Shown here in pieces: positions 1 through 13,900 of a DNA stretch of 64,000 bases (position 1 is the stretch's first letter; the number at the start of each line of letters is the position of its first letter). The translations under genes were made by a program, and so were the position numbers. Under the pieces are notes generated by a model. The model was not told the DNA's origin and searched no databases. It was given only the letters and a program-made list of their open reading frames with translations. Source of the stretch: Iphione sp. A-MEVVRFRX5 (taxonomy: Eukaryota). The stretch covers positions 111,600,001 to 111,664,000 of the forward strand of contig OZ320316.1 of NCBI GenBank assembly GCA_976226885.1, written 5' to 3'.

Positions 1-1712
1 ATTTCATGTGCAGTTATACATCATGAAGTACACCAGACACTGCAGATGCCTTCCAGCATTTTTCTTTCTAAGAGGCCCTTTCCATGTGTGTGGGTTGTAT
101 GCATGCACAACTCCACTATATTCTATTAGACGGTGTTCACATGCAATATGATAAAAAGTATGGCCCCTGTGTAAGGACGCAAACAACCCCCTTGCAGAAA
201 ACGCTAGTTTATTGCTTTCATATGGGTAGCAGATGTACTTTCACCATTGCTTCCCTGTAGAATCTGCATACATGTCCAGACCAAACTCATCCCTGATGGT
301 TTGAGATATGCACTCCTGTGCATAAACAGAAAAAAAAACACATAAGTGAATAAGTACAATAGTCCAGCAGGACTAGAAAACTATCTGGCCCGTGTGTGGA
401 TACGGAACAGAAAAATCATGATACATGTGAACAGGGCCTGAGGATATTGTGATGTATGTGGATTGTCCGGCCCCACATGCAGGGCCGTACAGACTGGTTT
501 ACCATATGGTCATTCTGCCCCCTGAGTGTGGGGCTGGACAACCCGGGCACATGCGAAGGGTAGCTTAGACCTGCACCCATCTGTTAAGGCCGGGGGACCT
601 CATGACATATGTCTCGTTTTTCTCCATGTTCCAACTAAGTAACCCACAATAAAAATCCATGCACATGGAAAGCCCCCCTTGGTGGATACATTTGAGATAT
701 GTATTAGGCTGACGGATGCAAATACGGACAGAAATGCTCTTATTTCCGTCCCTCCCCTCCCCGGACAAACACTACATTGATAAACACTGCATATATAAAG
801 GCTAAATAATGGCTTTTCGGCCCAATTCTTCACCCATCATGTACATGTACTAGACCTTTGGACTCCTACACGCCACAGGACCCACCACTGCACCCTTTAT
901 CCTCTCTGTATATATATATGCATATATATATATATACTAGACTGATGTAAACATTAAAAAGCCGCCTTATCAATCTAGTCTTTTTACCGGCTATAGATAA
1001 CTGTAGAGTAGCATTTGGACACGTCAGGTATGGCCATACGTGTGCCGAAGTCGGTTACGCAATTATATTGTGGGAAAGGTCAAATTTGTCATCTCCAGAC
1101 ACGTTCCCCATGGAATAGCTGACTAGTAGAAAACATGGTCTGCACATGTAAGCTTACCTCTACTTATTTGAGTTGGAGTACAAATTATGATGTTTATCCA
1201 TTTTTTAGTTATGTGTTGAGATATGTTTTTTTTTATCTTCAGGCATAAACAATATCTCTGTTTCCAGTAACCAGACCGACAAGGATTTTTGTCCCAATTT
1301 CTTTTTTTTTAAATGTCCTCTAGCAGGTGTATGTGCCTCATTAATAGACCTAGAGAGGTATGCTCTGATTCACTGTGTTGTCAGGAGGCTTACCTTTAAT
1401 ATATACCTTTAATATAAACTTTGCTGCAGACAGGTCTGAACAGCAGATATAGATATGCGGTCCATAGAATTCACTGGAGTCACTACTTTCTTTACTTACA
1501 TTAAATTAGATTAAACCCACCTTGGCTGGTATAGGAAACAGATGTTTTTGTTTAGGCCAAATAAGCATAATGACCACAGATGAGATGGCTGCTCAGTATG
1601 TTATGTCCATGTATTTTTCCATGGCTTCAGCTAGTTTGTATATATACACTATATATACACATATGTAAATTATATATATACATATGTACAAATATTTATC
1701 ATGTAATTGCAG

Positions 1713-1787
1713 CCTGCGGATCGAGTCGACCTAACGCTGGAAACTCTCATGGAGACTGGAGTGGATGAAATGTCATGGGATGATACG
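1713..1787 (+). CDS. OvoA: OvoA exon (PADRVDLTLETLMETGVDEMSWDDT), phase 0-0
   Basis: ttgcag|CCT...ACG|gtaggt; carries the GVDEMSWDD motif. Confidence 0.85.
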
Positions 1788-3096
1788 GTAGGTTTGGAGT
1801 AGAGAGAAAGAGGAAGAGAAAATAATTGCATACTTGGTCTATGCAGTGGAAACCCTCTACTAAGAACACCCTCTATAAGAGACCCCCCTCCCCCTCTACT
1901 ATGGACAGACTGGAAACAGAACCAAATCTATATAATCATGTTTTAATACTCCTGCTATAAAGGACACCCCTCTTTATGGACAGATTTTGGTCAGTCCCTA
2001 TGCTGTCCATAGTAGAGAGGTTCCACTGTAGTATAGTTTCAATGTGGCTCATGGGACACTGCCACCTGTATTATATATCAGTTTGCTTATATATCATAGC
2101 ATGGACAGCCATTAAGTGATAGGGCATATCAGTGGGCAGGAGGCATGATAACAACATTCCATTTGCCACAACAGGATAGATATTTGGTGACTAGACAGCT
2201 CTTTTTTCGTCTCACAGTGTATTATATGTACTTCTAAAGGTGGAACGCGGAAGTATAATAGTAAAGATGCAAGCAGGCCCGTAGCCAAAGGGGTATTGGG
2301 GGTATTGACCGATACCCCCCATAGCAATTAATCTCTATTGCCCTTTATAGGGATGGAAACAAAATAGTTCCACCCCTGTGGTATCAGGGGTATCGTCCGA
2401 TACCCCCCCCAGAAAACTTCCTAGCTACGGGCCTGGCAAGTTAATGCTTTAAGTTGAATTTCCATGCAGCAGTGCTGCTGTGTCCCTATGTTGGGACCCG
2501 TGTTTCCACTGTGAACAGTCCGTGCTTTGCTAATCCTTTAAAATACTGTGTGCATCTTCGCGTAACATGCTTAGAGCATGTGTTCATGATAAATATTTGT
2601 TGGTAAGTCCTAGCCCCCCCCCCCCCAATACAAGGTCAGAAACATGAACACGTCTCATGGAGAAATGGAGCAAGTCCCAGTCTCAAACATGGTATATATA
2701 CGGACACATGGTACATGCTGCATACCCATATGTGCCTGGATACACTCCTACTCTTTTGTGTATCCCCAAATTCCATGACAAAAACATAGCAACAGATTAC
2801 ACAGATACAAGAATGCGCGGAAATCCGGCCTTCTGCGACGATTTATACAGTGGAGACCCAGTTAGAGACCAGATCGCAACGGAGACCAAACCTGGGAGAG
2901 AGACCCAAGAGTTCTAAGACCAACTCAGTCATTTTCCTCTATGTAGAGTATGTCTAATGAGACCAAACCATGGGAGAGAACCAAAGTGGCCCGTTCCAAG
3001 CTTGGTCTCCCACCCAAGTGACGTCTACTGCAGGAAATATTACTTGTAAAAAGTGTGACTTTGTAGGGCTGTAATACGCAAATTTTGTCAATGGAC

Positions 3097-3135
<39 letters not shown>

Positions 3136-6100
3136 ATACGTACATGAGTACAGACACTCCCACAACGCTTAAGTAGCATACAGTTGCACACTAGAGTTTA
3201 CTTTAAGCTTCTTGAAATATGAAATGGTCATGGTCGGGTTGAAGGAAATACCATTATCTTTTTTAACCGTTGCCCTACAAAGATGCATTTCCTAAAGTAC
3301 AATGACATATACGACATAAACGTTCAAGTAATACAAGTTTCGCTGGTGTTTTTATGTATTGTTTCTTAGGAGAACTATCGAATGGGCGGCAAGTTTCAAT
3401 GGCCGTCCGTGGCAGAGGTCGTCGACTATCGGCGCAAGGTCAGAGAACTCATCTTGAAGGTCATCGAGGAAACCCCGCTGGAACTTCCGGTGACCTTCGA
3501 CAGTCCTTGGGTGAGTTGTAGCCTCGTTTTCGAGTTGGATGGGCTGACTGTCGTTCTGTGCGCTATAATATACCATCTGATAGAGAAATGCATATAGACA
3601 GAGCACTACAAGGACAGTTTAGTCAAATTAGCTTAAATTAGTATAAATTCTTCCTGGTATGGATAGATCGAGCCGGCCTACAACCCCACCCCCACCCCTT
3701 CACGCACGTCCCTTGTTGACGAGAGCTGGGGGGGAGGTCCGAGCCCACTTATTATTCTTTTTAATGTATGAAGTTCTCAACCCTCCAAGAATAGTATAAA
3801 TATCATACTAGAATTTCATACAAGCAACTACTCCGTATTTCACTATAAACTGTGATATTTTGTAAGGCTGACATGGGTATGGGGGGGGGGGGGAATATTG
3901 GACCCCACTAACCTTGCATTATGTTTCTTTCTTCAACCTCAGTGGGCAGTGTTCATGGGAATGGAGCACGAGCGAATCCACATAGAAACTTCCTCGGTGC
4001 TCATCCGACAGCTGCCCGTGGGAATGGTAGAGAGACCCCGTGGATGGCTGTATGCAGCCCCATCTACAGGTGAGTTATCGAACCCATATATATATAATGT
4101 TTATCATTTAGTTGTATGTATCTATGCGTGTATGTGTGTGAGGATGTTTATACAGGACGAAACTGAACAAGACAGACGAGATGAGACATAAAAGGACAGA
4201 GGTTCAGCAGAATCTAGAGTCAGACAAAGACATGGCGCCAGACAAAGACATGGATTCAGACACTGATGCAAGAAGCGAGAGAGAATTGAGGGGAAATGGA
4301 CAGATTTTCGCCAACAGATCACAGGTAGTAACGTAAAAGGATTATTTAAAGAGCACCACTCCTTAAAGGGGAAAAAAGGCCTTGGATAATGGATAGGTAG
4401 ATCTGTTTACAAACTTCAAAGGATGCAGCAGGATTGAACCTTTCAGCTTGCCGCCTATTCAGGCATTGTATGGCGGGAGAGTAAGGTATTAGTGGCATGT
4501 CTGTAGGGCCGTCACAGTCATGGTGAAGGAGATCAAAAAGTAGGACATGCCAGAGCACTCAGCCGCGCCACGTAGGAGAGTATTTTAAAGACGTTTAAAG
4601 GGCATAGAAACAGTCGAAAAAGAATAAAATGAGCTGGTTCGGCTCTTGTTTTTTATCTGAAGGTTTTACAAATGGGAGTCACGCGGAGACGATGGAAAGG
4701 GGGAAGGGAGAAGATAATAATTCTAAGAGATTAAAGTTGATGGATAGTAGAGATGACCTACAGGTCACCTTGGTAACACGAAAGAAACTACGTATCTGCA
4801 AACTGAGATGCTTCAGCGGATCTTTGTTCTCTGTATACATCAACTCCTCCCCCCGCATCACCCTCAGGCTTGCTTAAGTCCCCTGGATTGTGGACTGGGA
4901 TTTATCTATCGGTTTGCGTCATGATGAAATACCTCTTTCCTGTAGAAGCAAAATATAACAATACAAAGCTTGAAGTCTGATTTATAGAGAACAAAAGCCA
5001 AACGCTTTCTGCTCCTGGTCCAGCTGTCAGATTTCGGCGGGCCAAGACTAAGTATTCTAGCAGGTGTCAGGAGACCACCTGCAGCAACATAATTTTCAGA
5101 GAACCTACAGTTCATTTTCACAGACATACAAATAACTATGAAGAACACCGTATAGACCAACCGCTGGAAGACATCTGAGAATTGCAAAGCTAGGACAAGA
5201 AGTACTATCCAAACTCGAGTATTACACAATATCGTCAAAGTCTGCAGAAATTGAACTACCTGCATAACCACCCGACTCAAGCCTTACACAATATGGAGGA
5301 AGGTCTGCAACCAGCCTTACAGTTTCATCAAAGGTATGCAGTGATAGAACCACAAGTCCAACCTCAGACAATCTGACTGTATGGGTGCGGAGTGTGTTGT
5401 GCAGAGCGTTAACATAAAGTTTACCAGCCAGACACTAGCCTTGCACAGTTTCATAAAAGGTATGCAGTGATAGAACCACACGTCCAACCTCAGACAATCT
5501 GACTGTATGGGTGCGGAGTGTGTTGTGCAGAGCATTAACATAAAGTTTACCAGCCAGACACTAGCCTTGCACACTTTCATAAAAGGTATGCAGTGATAGA
5601 ACCACAAGTCCAACCTCAGACAATCTGACTGTGTGGGTGCAGAGTGTGTTGTGCAGAGCATGAACGTAATGTTTACCAGCCAGACACTATAGCCTTACAA
5701 AGTAGGATCAAAGATTTGCAGAGATCACACTTCATGCCGACCAACCGAAGGCTGGCCTTACACAATATCAGTGTGGGTGTACAGAGAGTGCACAACTTCT
5801 ACACCGGGCAGACACCAGCCTCATACAATATCAGTTCACGGATCATACCTGACAGACCCTAGTCTTGAACAATATCATTGAAGGTTTGCACAGACTAAAA
5901 GGCTGGACAGCAGCTGGCAGCAAAGCATTATCATCAATGGCTTGCAGAAATAAAAACTTCATGTACAACAGCTAGGCGCCAGCCTTAAAACAATATCATC
6001 AAAGGCCACACAAGATTCAGCAACATTGTCTCCTACCCAGACTCCGTCCTTACTCAATATCATCAAAGGTTTGTCGAGATATAACTTACATATTCCGTGA

Positions 6101-9100
6101 AGACACCAACCTTACACACTTGTCATCAAAGGTTTGCAGAGATAGAATTGAACATATTTCCGGAAGACTCTAGCCTTACACAATGTCTATGAAGGTTTGT
6201 AGAGATAGAACTAACATATTCCACAAAGACTCGACCTTTACACAGGGTCATCGAAGGTTTGCAGAGATGGAACTAAAAGCATTTAAGGAAGACTCCACAG
6301 CTTTACACAGTGTCATCGAAGGTTGGCAGAGATGGAACTAAACACATTCCAGGAAGACTACCTTTACACAATATTATCAAAGGTTTTCAGAGATAAAACT
6401 AAACATATTGCAGGATGACGCCAATCTTACACAATATCTAGGAAGCTCTTCAAAAATGGATCTACACGCATTCTAGCCAAATGGTAAGAAGATCCTCTGA
6501 TCAAAAATAGTATTTCAAATTATACAAAAGTGAAGATATATCAGAGAATCGTATCAGGAGAATTGACCATAAGTGGCAGACAGAACCCCTGGTCAAATAC
6601 AACAGCAGTGGACTGAGAGGGAAACAACACTCTGATTGGTAGAGATGGAGTACTCGGACAAACATGTTACATGGAAGTAATAGAACACATTGTGCATGTA
6701 GCCACCTGGCTGCTAAAGAAGGCCAATGTGTGAAAGATGGAAGTCGATGTCAGCAGCCTGCAAAATGTAAAGGATGTCCTTAAGTATAAAACAACGACCG
6801 AAACAACTCACCGAGGACACCACACCATCGGTGAATGACGACGTTGTACACGATATGTAATGAATAGATGTGATTTATACAATATAAAAACTTTACATAA
6901 AGTACAAATTGGCTCTAAGCTTGTTACCTTTTTTTCTGAACTCAATCATATATTAATCATGATTCCCCCCTCCCTTAACCACTTTAATCAGTACAGCGCG
7001 CTAGCTCATACAGTCCACACCTACATTATAATTAATCATCATATTAACCTATAAATAAGTCACTGTAAGTTGATGTTACGCCTGAGCTCGAACCGGATTC
7101 CCTTTATGATAGGAAAACCTGTTCTGGAGAACCCCATGATTACAGTCGACGAAAGCACAGTGGCGCTCGGGAAGCCGCTAAATTTTCCCTCCTATGGTTG
7201 GGATAATGAATATGGAAATGTCGAATACAGGTAGGTCATGTAGCCCCTTAAGCTTGAGTTCCAGTGAAAAAAAAAGTTAACTCGGAATGAAGTCCGTCCC
7301 AGATTACCCATCGGGCCTTTCACCAATCGCTTTCCGTGACGTCACGCACACTTTGGCCAATCCGAGTCCAGCTTTCAGAGATAAGTGATAGTCGGAACGG
7401 GAGACCAACAAAAGTGTCTAGGATTGCTGGTAATATTTCTTGTGATAGATTAGAGATGTAATCCCGTGATTTAAGATCCACAAAGAAGAGCTTTTGAAAA
7501 TGACTCCCTGCCAGCTTATTCAAGTGATATTCAGTAGCATTTGTATGGTTGGACTCGAAGGCTGGACATCTGGTGGCTTGCACCACCCCCACCCCCCCCA
7601 AATCAAATATGGATATGGCTGTGGCATTTCCACTTGGTGGAGCTTTGCCACGAAAGGTGATTGGTGGATATGGCACGTAAAAAAAAACACTCAAAAATTT
7701 CTTTGAAGACATCTATCCAATAAACTGTCTGGATTTCCCTTTATGCATTTTGAAATATTAAAACAGAGACTTCAAAATATACTCAAAGATTACTTTTATT
7801 TGGAAGTAGATATCTCATCTGAAAACATTTATCTGATAAATTGTTTGGATTTTTCCTTTATGCCTCTTGAAATATTCCTCAGGACTGGACTGTTAGCTGT
7901 TTCCTGGAACTTTATTTTGTCATGACATAAGGGTCTGCATCCTCAATAGCACCTTACCTTTATAATATCAGGGTTTGCATGTTTTTTGAAACTTTATCCT
8001 GTTATCATTTAAGTGCATCGATTATTAACAGGTCTACATATTCATCAGAACTGTACCATTTATAATAACCAAGCCTGATATTATGCCTTATAAAATATCA
8101 GAATCTGGAATGTTTCTTGGCACTTTACCTTGAAATCATTTAGGGAAATATCTGAGTCTAGTTGTATGGTAGGTTTCTTGAAACATAACCCTGATCGGCA
8201 TATTCATGACAACCTTACTTTTATAATATCAGAGTCTGGTGTGTTTCTTGAAACAACCTTGAAATCACTTAAGGATCAGCATATTCATGACAACCCACTT
8301 TTATAATATCAGAGTCTGGTATGTTTCTTGAAACAACCTTGAAATCACTTAAGGATCAGCATATTCATGACAACCCACTTTTATAATATCAGAGTCTGGT
8401 ATGTTTCTTGAAACATAACCTTGAAATCATTTAAGGATTGGCATATTCATGACAAGCTTACTTTTATAATATCAGAGTCTGGTGTGTTTCTTGAAACAAC
8501 CTTGAAATCACTTAGGGATCAGCATATTCATGACAACCTTACTTTTATAATATCAGAGTCTGGTGTGTTTCTTGAAACAACCTTGAAATCAGCATATTCA
8601 TGACAACCTTACTTTTATAATATCAAAGTTTGGTATTTTTCTTGAAACATAGCTCAGAAATAATTTAAGGATCAGCATATTCATGATAACCCAACTTTTA
8701 TAATATCTGAATCTGGTAGGTTGCTTAAAACCTTACCCTGAAATCATTTAAGGATTAGCATATAAATTAAAATTTTGCCTTTTACAATATCAGGGTTTGC
8801 ATGTTTATCAAAACTTTATCCTGATATTGTTTAAGGAATAGCGTATTCATCAGAACTTTACTGTCAAAAATAAAAATGTCTACATCATTTTCTGAAACTT
8901 TCTCCTAGTATCAAGTTAAAGTTTGCATAATTGCTGGAACTTTATCTTTTAACTTGTTTTTTTTTAACTTGAAAAATCAAATTTTATTTTTTAAAATGTT
9001 AACTTGAAGGTTAAGTTCAGGCGGTCATCTGTATAAATGAAACCATACACTCAGATCTGATCTGATGCAAAAAGGCGCATAGCTGAAGTCACCTGGCCAC

Positions 9101-10927
9101 AATAGAGACTGACGCTTCTGATCTATACCAAGTCAGGAAATAACGCATTTTGATCGGAGCAAAGCCTATTATGACGTCATAATCTAAGAAAAACACATTC
9201 TTTGTTGTGGTGTTTATAATTTAGTCGGCCATACGTCAATATCAATCCCGCTAATCATTGATAATTAAGACTCAACCTTTATTCGACTACCTGCATCACA
9301 GAAGTTTTACATTTGACATGTTTTAAGTGAAACAAAGTGTCAACATTATGTCCCCCCCTCGAGGATAGCACCTGGAGAATGAAAACCGTACATCGAAACC
9401 TTTCTTGATCCTCGATATTAGAGCTCATATCGTGTGCTGCTCCGCATGCATTAATCATAACGTTAATCATAGATTCCAGGGTACCTAACCTTCATAGGAA
9501 CTCCAACTCCCACTCTCTCCCCTCAATCCTTACATTAATATCTTCACTTCAACTCCCGCCTTTGTCAAGAGAGTGAGCTTTCCCTCAAGGAAGTCCTCCC
9601 TTACTCCTCTTTACATAATAGGTTGCTGATAGTTCTATCATTATCTTTAGAAATCCATATTCTGCCATATGGGAGACTTTACTTAACCCTCACACAGCAG
9701 AGGGCACGGAAGAATTATAATTAGTATAAAAAATATAGTAATAAATCTTGATAAGATCGCCTTACCTTGGTTAAATGGAACCTGCGCGTTATTTATACCT
9801 GAAGTCAGATTTATTGTGAAAGTTTTGTAAGATGTATTGTTTTACGCGTCCTTTTATGTCGTAGTACATTCTAGACGAAAGAAGACCATGAAAAAATAAC
9901 CTACATTCTGTAAATCCCTTCGATTTTTGTCGCTTTATCTGTATGCCGTCTATTCACAACACCCATCTAACCACAGTTTCGTTTTTATTTTGATATTTTT
10001 TTTTGCCCGGCCTGCTATAGGGTTCCTTCCTTCGAGGCCAGTGCTTACCTGGTGACCAACCGTGAGTTCCTGCAGTTCATGAAGGCCGGGGGCTACACCA
10101 CCCGCCATTACTGGACGGACGAGGGCTGGAGGTGGCGCACCTACCGGCAGGCCCTGCACCCTTCCTTCTGGGTCTGTGAGAGCGAGTGTCTCTCGGCTTG
10201 TGGCGCCGACCTGGCGAGTTACTCGCACTGCAAGGCCTCCTCCCACCTGACCAACGGCTCCAACTCTCACTGCAATGGCCACATCAAGGCTGATGATAAC
10301 GGTCACCAAGGAAAGGACGAGGGCGGTGGCGAGGAGACCGAAGACGATCACTACAGGTTCGTATTGTGATTTCTATATTGACTGCCGTTATATCTCATTA
10401 TAAGGAAAGCATAGGGGAAATACTGTATAGATATACAATCAGGAATCAGTATCTGACCAATCATGGTTGCAAGGAATATCATTCAGAAAATGAGTTCATT
10501 TGGATATTAATACTTATGTCTACATGAAAATGAGTAAGTACCATTTATTTCTATTTCTATGTTTTTTTTCCTGCTTTTACCTTACAGGCTGCACCTTATC
10601 ATTGTTGTCCCCTGCCTCATAGAGAGGGGGACATTAGGAATGCTGCTGGCTGGTTGTCCCGACCATCTGTCACACTCTTGTGGGTCCTCTAAGTCTCAAA
10701 CCCTTCACTCACTTCACTGAAATTATGCAAATTTTACTGTTTTGCTAACACACCTACAAACATACATAACTGATTTAGAGATTCTTAGGTCTGACAATGC
10801 ACATACATGCACACATACACACCTGAAGGACTTCAACAAGCCTAGCCAACCACCCCAAAACAAGGTGCCAATCAAGGTGGTTGTAAAGAGAGAGAGAGAC
10901 ACCACACTCACACACACTCACTCACTG

Positions 10928-10980
<53 letters not shown>

Positions 10981-13900
10981 ACCTGGGCAGTTGATGGCAG
11001 GGGACAATAGACAATGGCCATGTCTGTGTTTGGTCTATGGAAAAGTATTCAGTAGAGGACACAGCTAGTGTTGGTATGTATTCTTTGAGGTTATTTCAGA
11101 CTTTGATATTTAACCATGCTGTTTATCTTACAGGCTGCGCCTCATGTTCGATGTTATCCCCATGCCCTGGGATTGGCCTGTGGAGATCAACTATTTGGAG
11201 GCAAAGGCATTCTGTGCTTGGAAGGGACCAGACTACCGTCTTCCCACCGAGGCAGAATGGCACGCCATGCATGGCAAGAGGGTGAGTTGTCTAAATAGTG
11301 TACAGGGTCTGGTTCATGAGAAGCTGAGGCCAAACACCAGACATAAAAAGCCTGGGTTGTCTTTACCCAGACATGTCATAATGTTGATACTGACAGATAT
11401 AATCTATATATTTTATTCTAACTGGAACTCTCACCAAAAGTCGGTTATAGACTTTTTAGTCAGTGAAAAATGGTGATCCCTCATATATCTATTTATACTT
11501 TTAAAAACTTGGATCAGTACCTGGTTATTTATAAAATATTGTTGGAAATAACCAGAAACTAGTTGGATACCAGAATGTGCCCTTGAATTCAGTACTGGTA
11601 ACATACAGGTAGCAAGCTTTCAGGTGTGACTTGCACCCTCCTTCAGGCTGGTCTGGTTATTTATAAATATGCATCAGTAACTGGTTATATATAGATTTAT
11701 GCATAACTAATTGGTTATTTGTCACTTGTACATGCGGTGGTGGGCCATGGTAATCTCAGCCCCACCAACAAATGGAAAGTCACCACGTCCCAGATCAACA
11801 AGCAGGAGTTGTGACAAGGCTAAGAGTGGCAACAATGGTGGTTATGTCCCCATTTTGATCAAATTTAACCACTGAAACCACAGGGTGTACTCTTTAAAAA
11901 AGACACTCAATCTGGTCATGTCAACATTATGATCTGTCTACAATGTTGCATTTGATTATACATTTTAAATGTTGTTCCCAATATTGAAGACTTGGGGTTA
12001 CTGGAGTACAGACCAGCTATGAGATGAAAGAGTTTTTCCCCGCCTCTCATTGATCTAAATCATTCTGTTCCTCTGCATAGGACAACAAGGAGGGAAGAGA
12101 CAGTACAGCGAACCACATTGTACAGGTAAAACACCACGCTCATTGACTGCACTGATCTAGTTTTATGACAGAGACAAGAGTTTCAGTAGTACAACTGCAT
12201 GCACCTCCCACAACTAACAGCACAATGAACCATACTGCACAGGTGAAACACTGTGCTCATTTACTGCACTGATCTAGTTTTATGATCTAGGCAAGTATTT
12301 CAATGATAAAACTGCACCTCCCACAAACTGTAACCATCTCAGTATACACTTAACATAACTCAATTTTCTTATGTATTATAAAGTAATTGGTTTTGGAAAA
12401 ACATCCTTCATTCTGAGCTGTCCTCCCAATTGACTTACCCATACATTTAGTTACTTCTGTATTACGAGAAAGATATGGCTTAGCAACATCTTAATACTAA
12501 CACAGTGAACGCATTCGATGTTTTTGCCAGGTGTAGCAATAGATACAACTGTCAAATTCAAGATCCAAACTTGACCTATCAACTCCATCATTATACAACA
12601 GTACATTAGAGCATTGTTGTATTTATTGGTCATTTGCTATCTGGCAATAACACTAACTCTGCTGAATGCTGCACAATATATATATATATATATATACATA
12701 TAGATGTATATAGCCTACTGCCGTTAACATTGACCTTCTCTCGAACCACTACTTTTGACTCTTTAGGTGGGTTTCCTATTCTTTTTTTTGTTGTTATCAA
12801 ACTTACACTCGGTAAAGGGTTAAGGAGGCTCCAACACGGTGAAGGAGGATCCATTACTGCATGTTCTTACCTGGGATTCACTTGATATTAGTCCCCACCC
12901 CATGGGGGGACACCTTTGGAATTCTGTTGGCTGAATGTCCAACCTTCCATCGCCCTCTCGTGGATCTTTTAACTCTAAAACCCTTCACAAAATAGATGCA
13001 TGTGAAACTGGCCTTATGCGTTGTTTTGTTTTTGTTTTCATTAAACTTACACACTGGAAAAGGTAAGGAGGATCCGACATGGTGTAGGAGGATCTATTAC
13101 TGCATGTTCTTACCTCGGATTCACTAGTCCCCCACCCCATGGGGAGACACCTTCGGATTTCTGCTGGCTGACTGTCCAACCTTCCATCTCACTTTTATGG
13201 ATCTTATAACCCTAAAACCATACAGTTACATGATTTTGATATATGACATTTATTTATATGGATCCATGACACTGGGTAATTTTGGTAATGATTCGGTAAA
13301 GTATTCTAATGATGTCAATCCACAAACATACATACTTTGCTTGGGGATTTCTAGGTCATGCAAATGGATGTTTAAAGGCATAGAAAAGGAATGTGGGAAA
13401 CATCTGGTCATTACATCTGCAGATTATTAGTTCATGTACTCAGTTGGGGGGGGGGTTATGCAAAATGCACCATTGTGTGTGAAAACGTATAACGGATACA
13501 TGTGAAACCCCCCTAATGGATACTTGTCCCTGAGGTGGCTTTACACTGTACCACAACAAGATTGAGGCCCCTCATTAGCAACCCATTCAACAGGCTGGAC
13601 TTCTACGACCCACTGCTGGGGAGAACATTTACATACTCTGTAGTTCGATGCTGTGTCACTTGTAGTTTGAAGATCAAAACACTTCCATAGGTAAAGGGAA
13701 ACCAAGTAGCAACAATTAAAAAGTTGGCTCTTTTTCTGTCGTTTATTCCAGCGGCCGGCCACTGATGGCCTGTCCTGTGATCCCATCTACCAGGGCGACA
13801 TCAAGGCCAACTTTAACGTGGAGTACGGCTCCTCTACGGCTGTGAACACCTACCCCCCCAACAAGCTGGGCTTCCGTGACCTGCTCGGGAACGTGTGGCA

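Noticed and set aside
464-540. 14-bp inverted repeat TGTCCGGCCCCACA / TGTGGGGCTGGACA
   Set aside because: Single copy in the window with no TSD identified; cannot be assigned.
181-1100. Possible upstream OvoA exons (peptides TCPD near 270 and YGHTCA near 1030)
   Set aside because: The frames do not continue into OvoA-like sequence and usable splice sites are lacking.
4937-5038. Kinase-like spacing FL*KQNITIQSLKSDL*...VQLSDFG in an OvoA intron
   Set aside because: HRD is absent, there are two stops, and no other kinase subdomains were found. It is probably chance; only a significant BLASTx or HMM hit would revive it.
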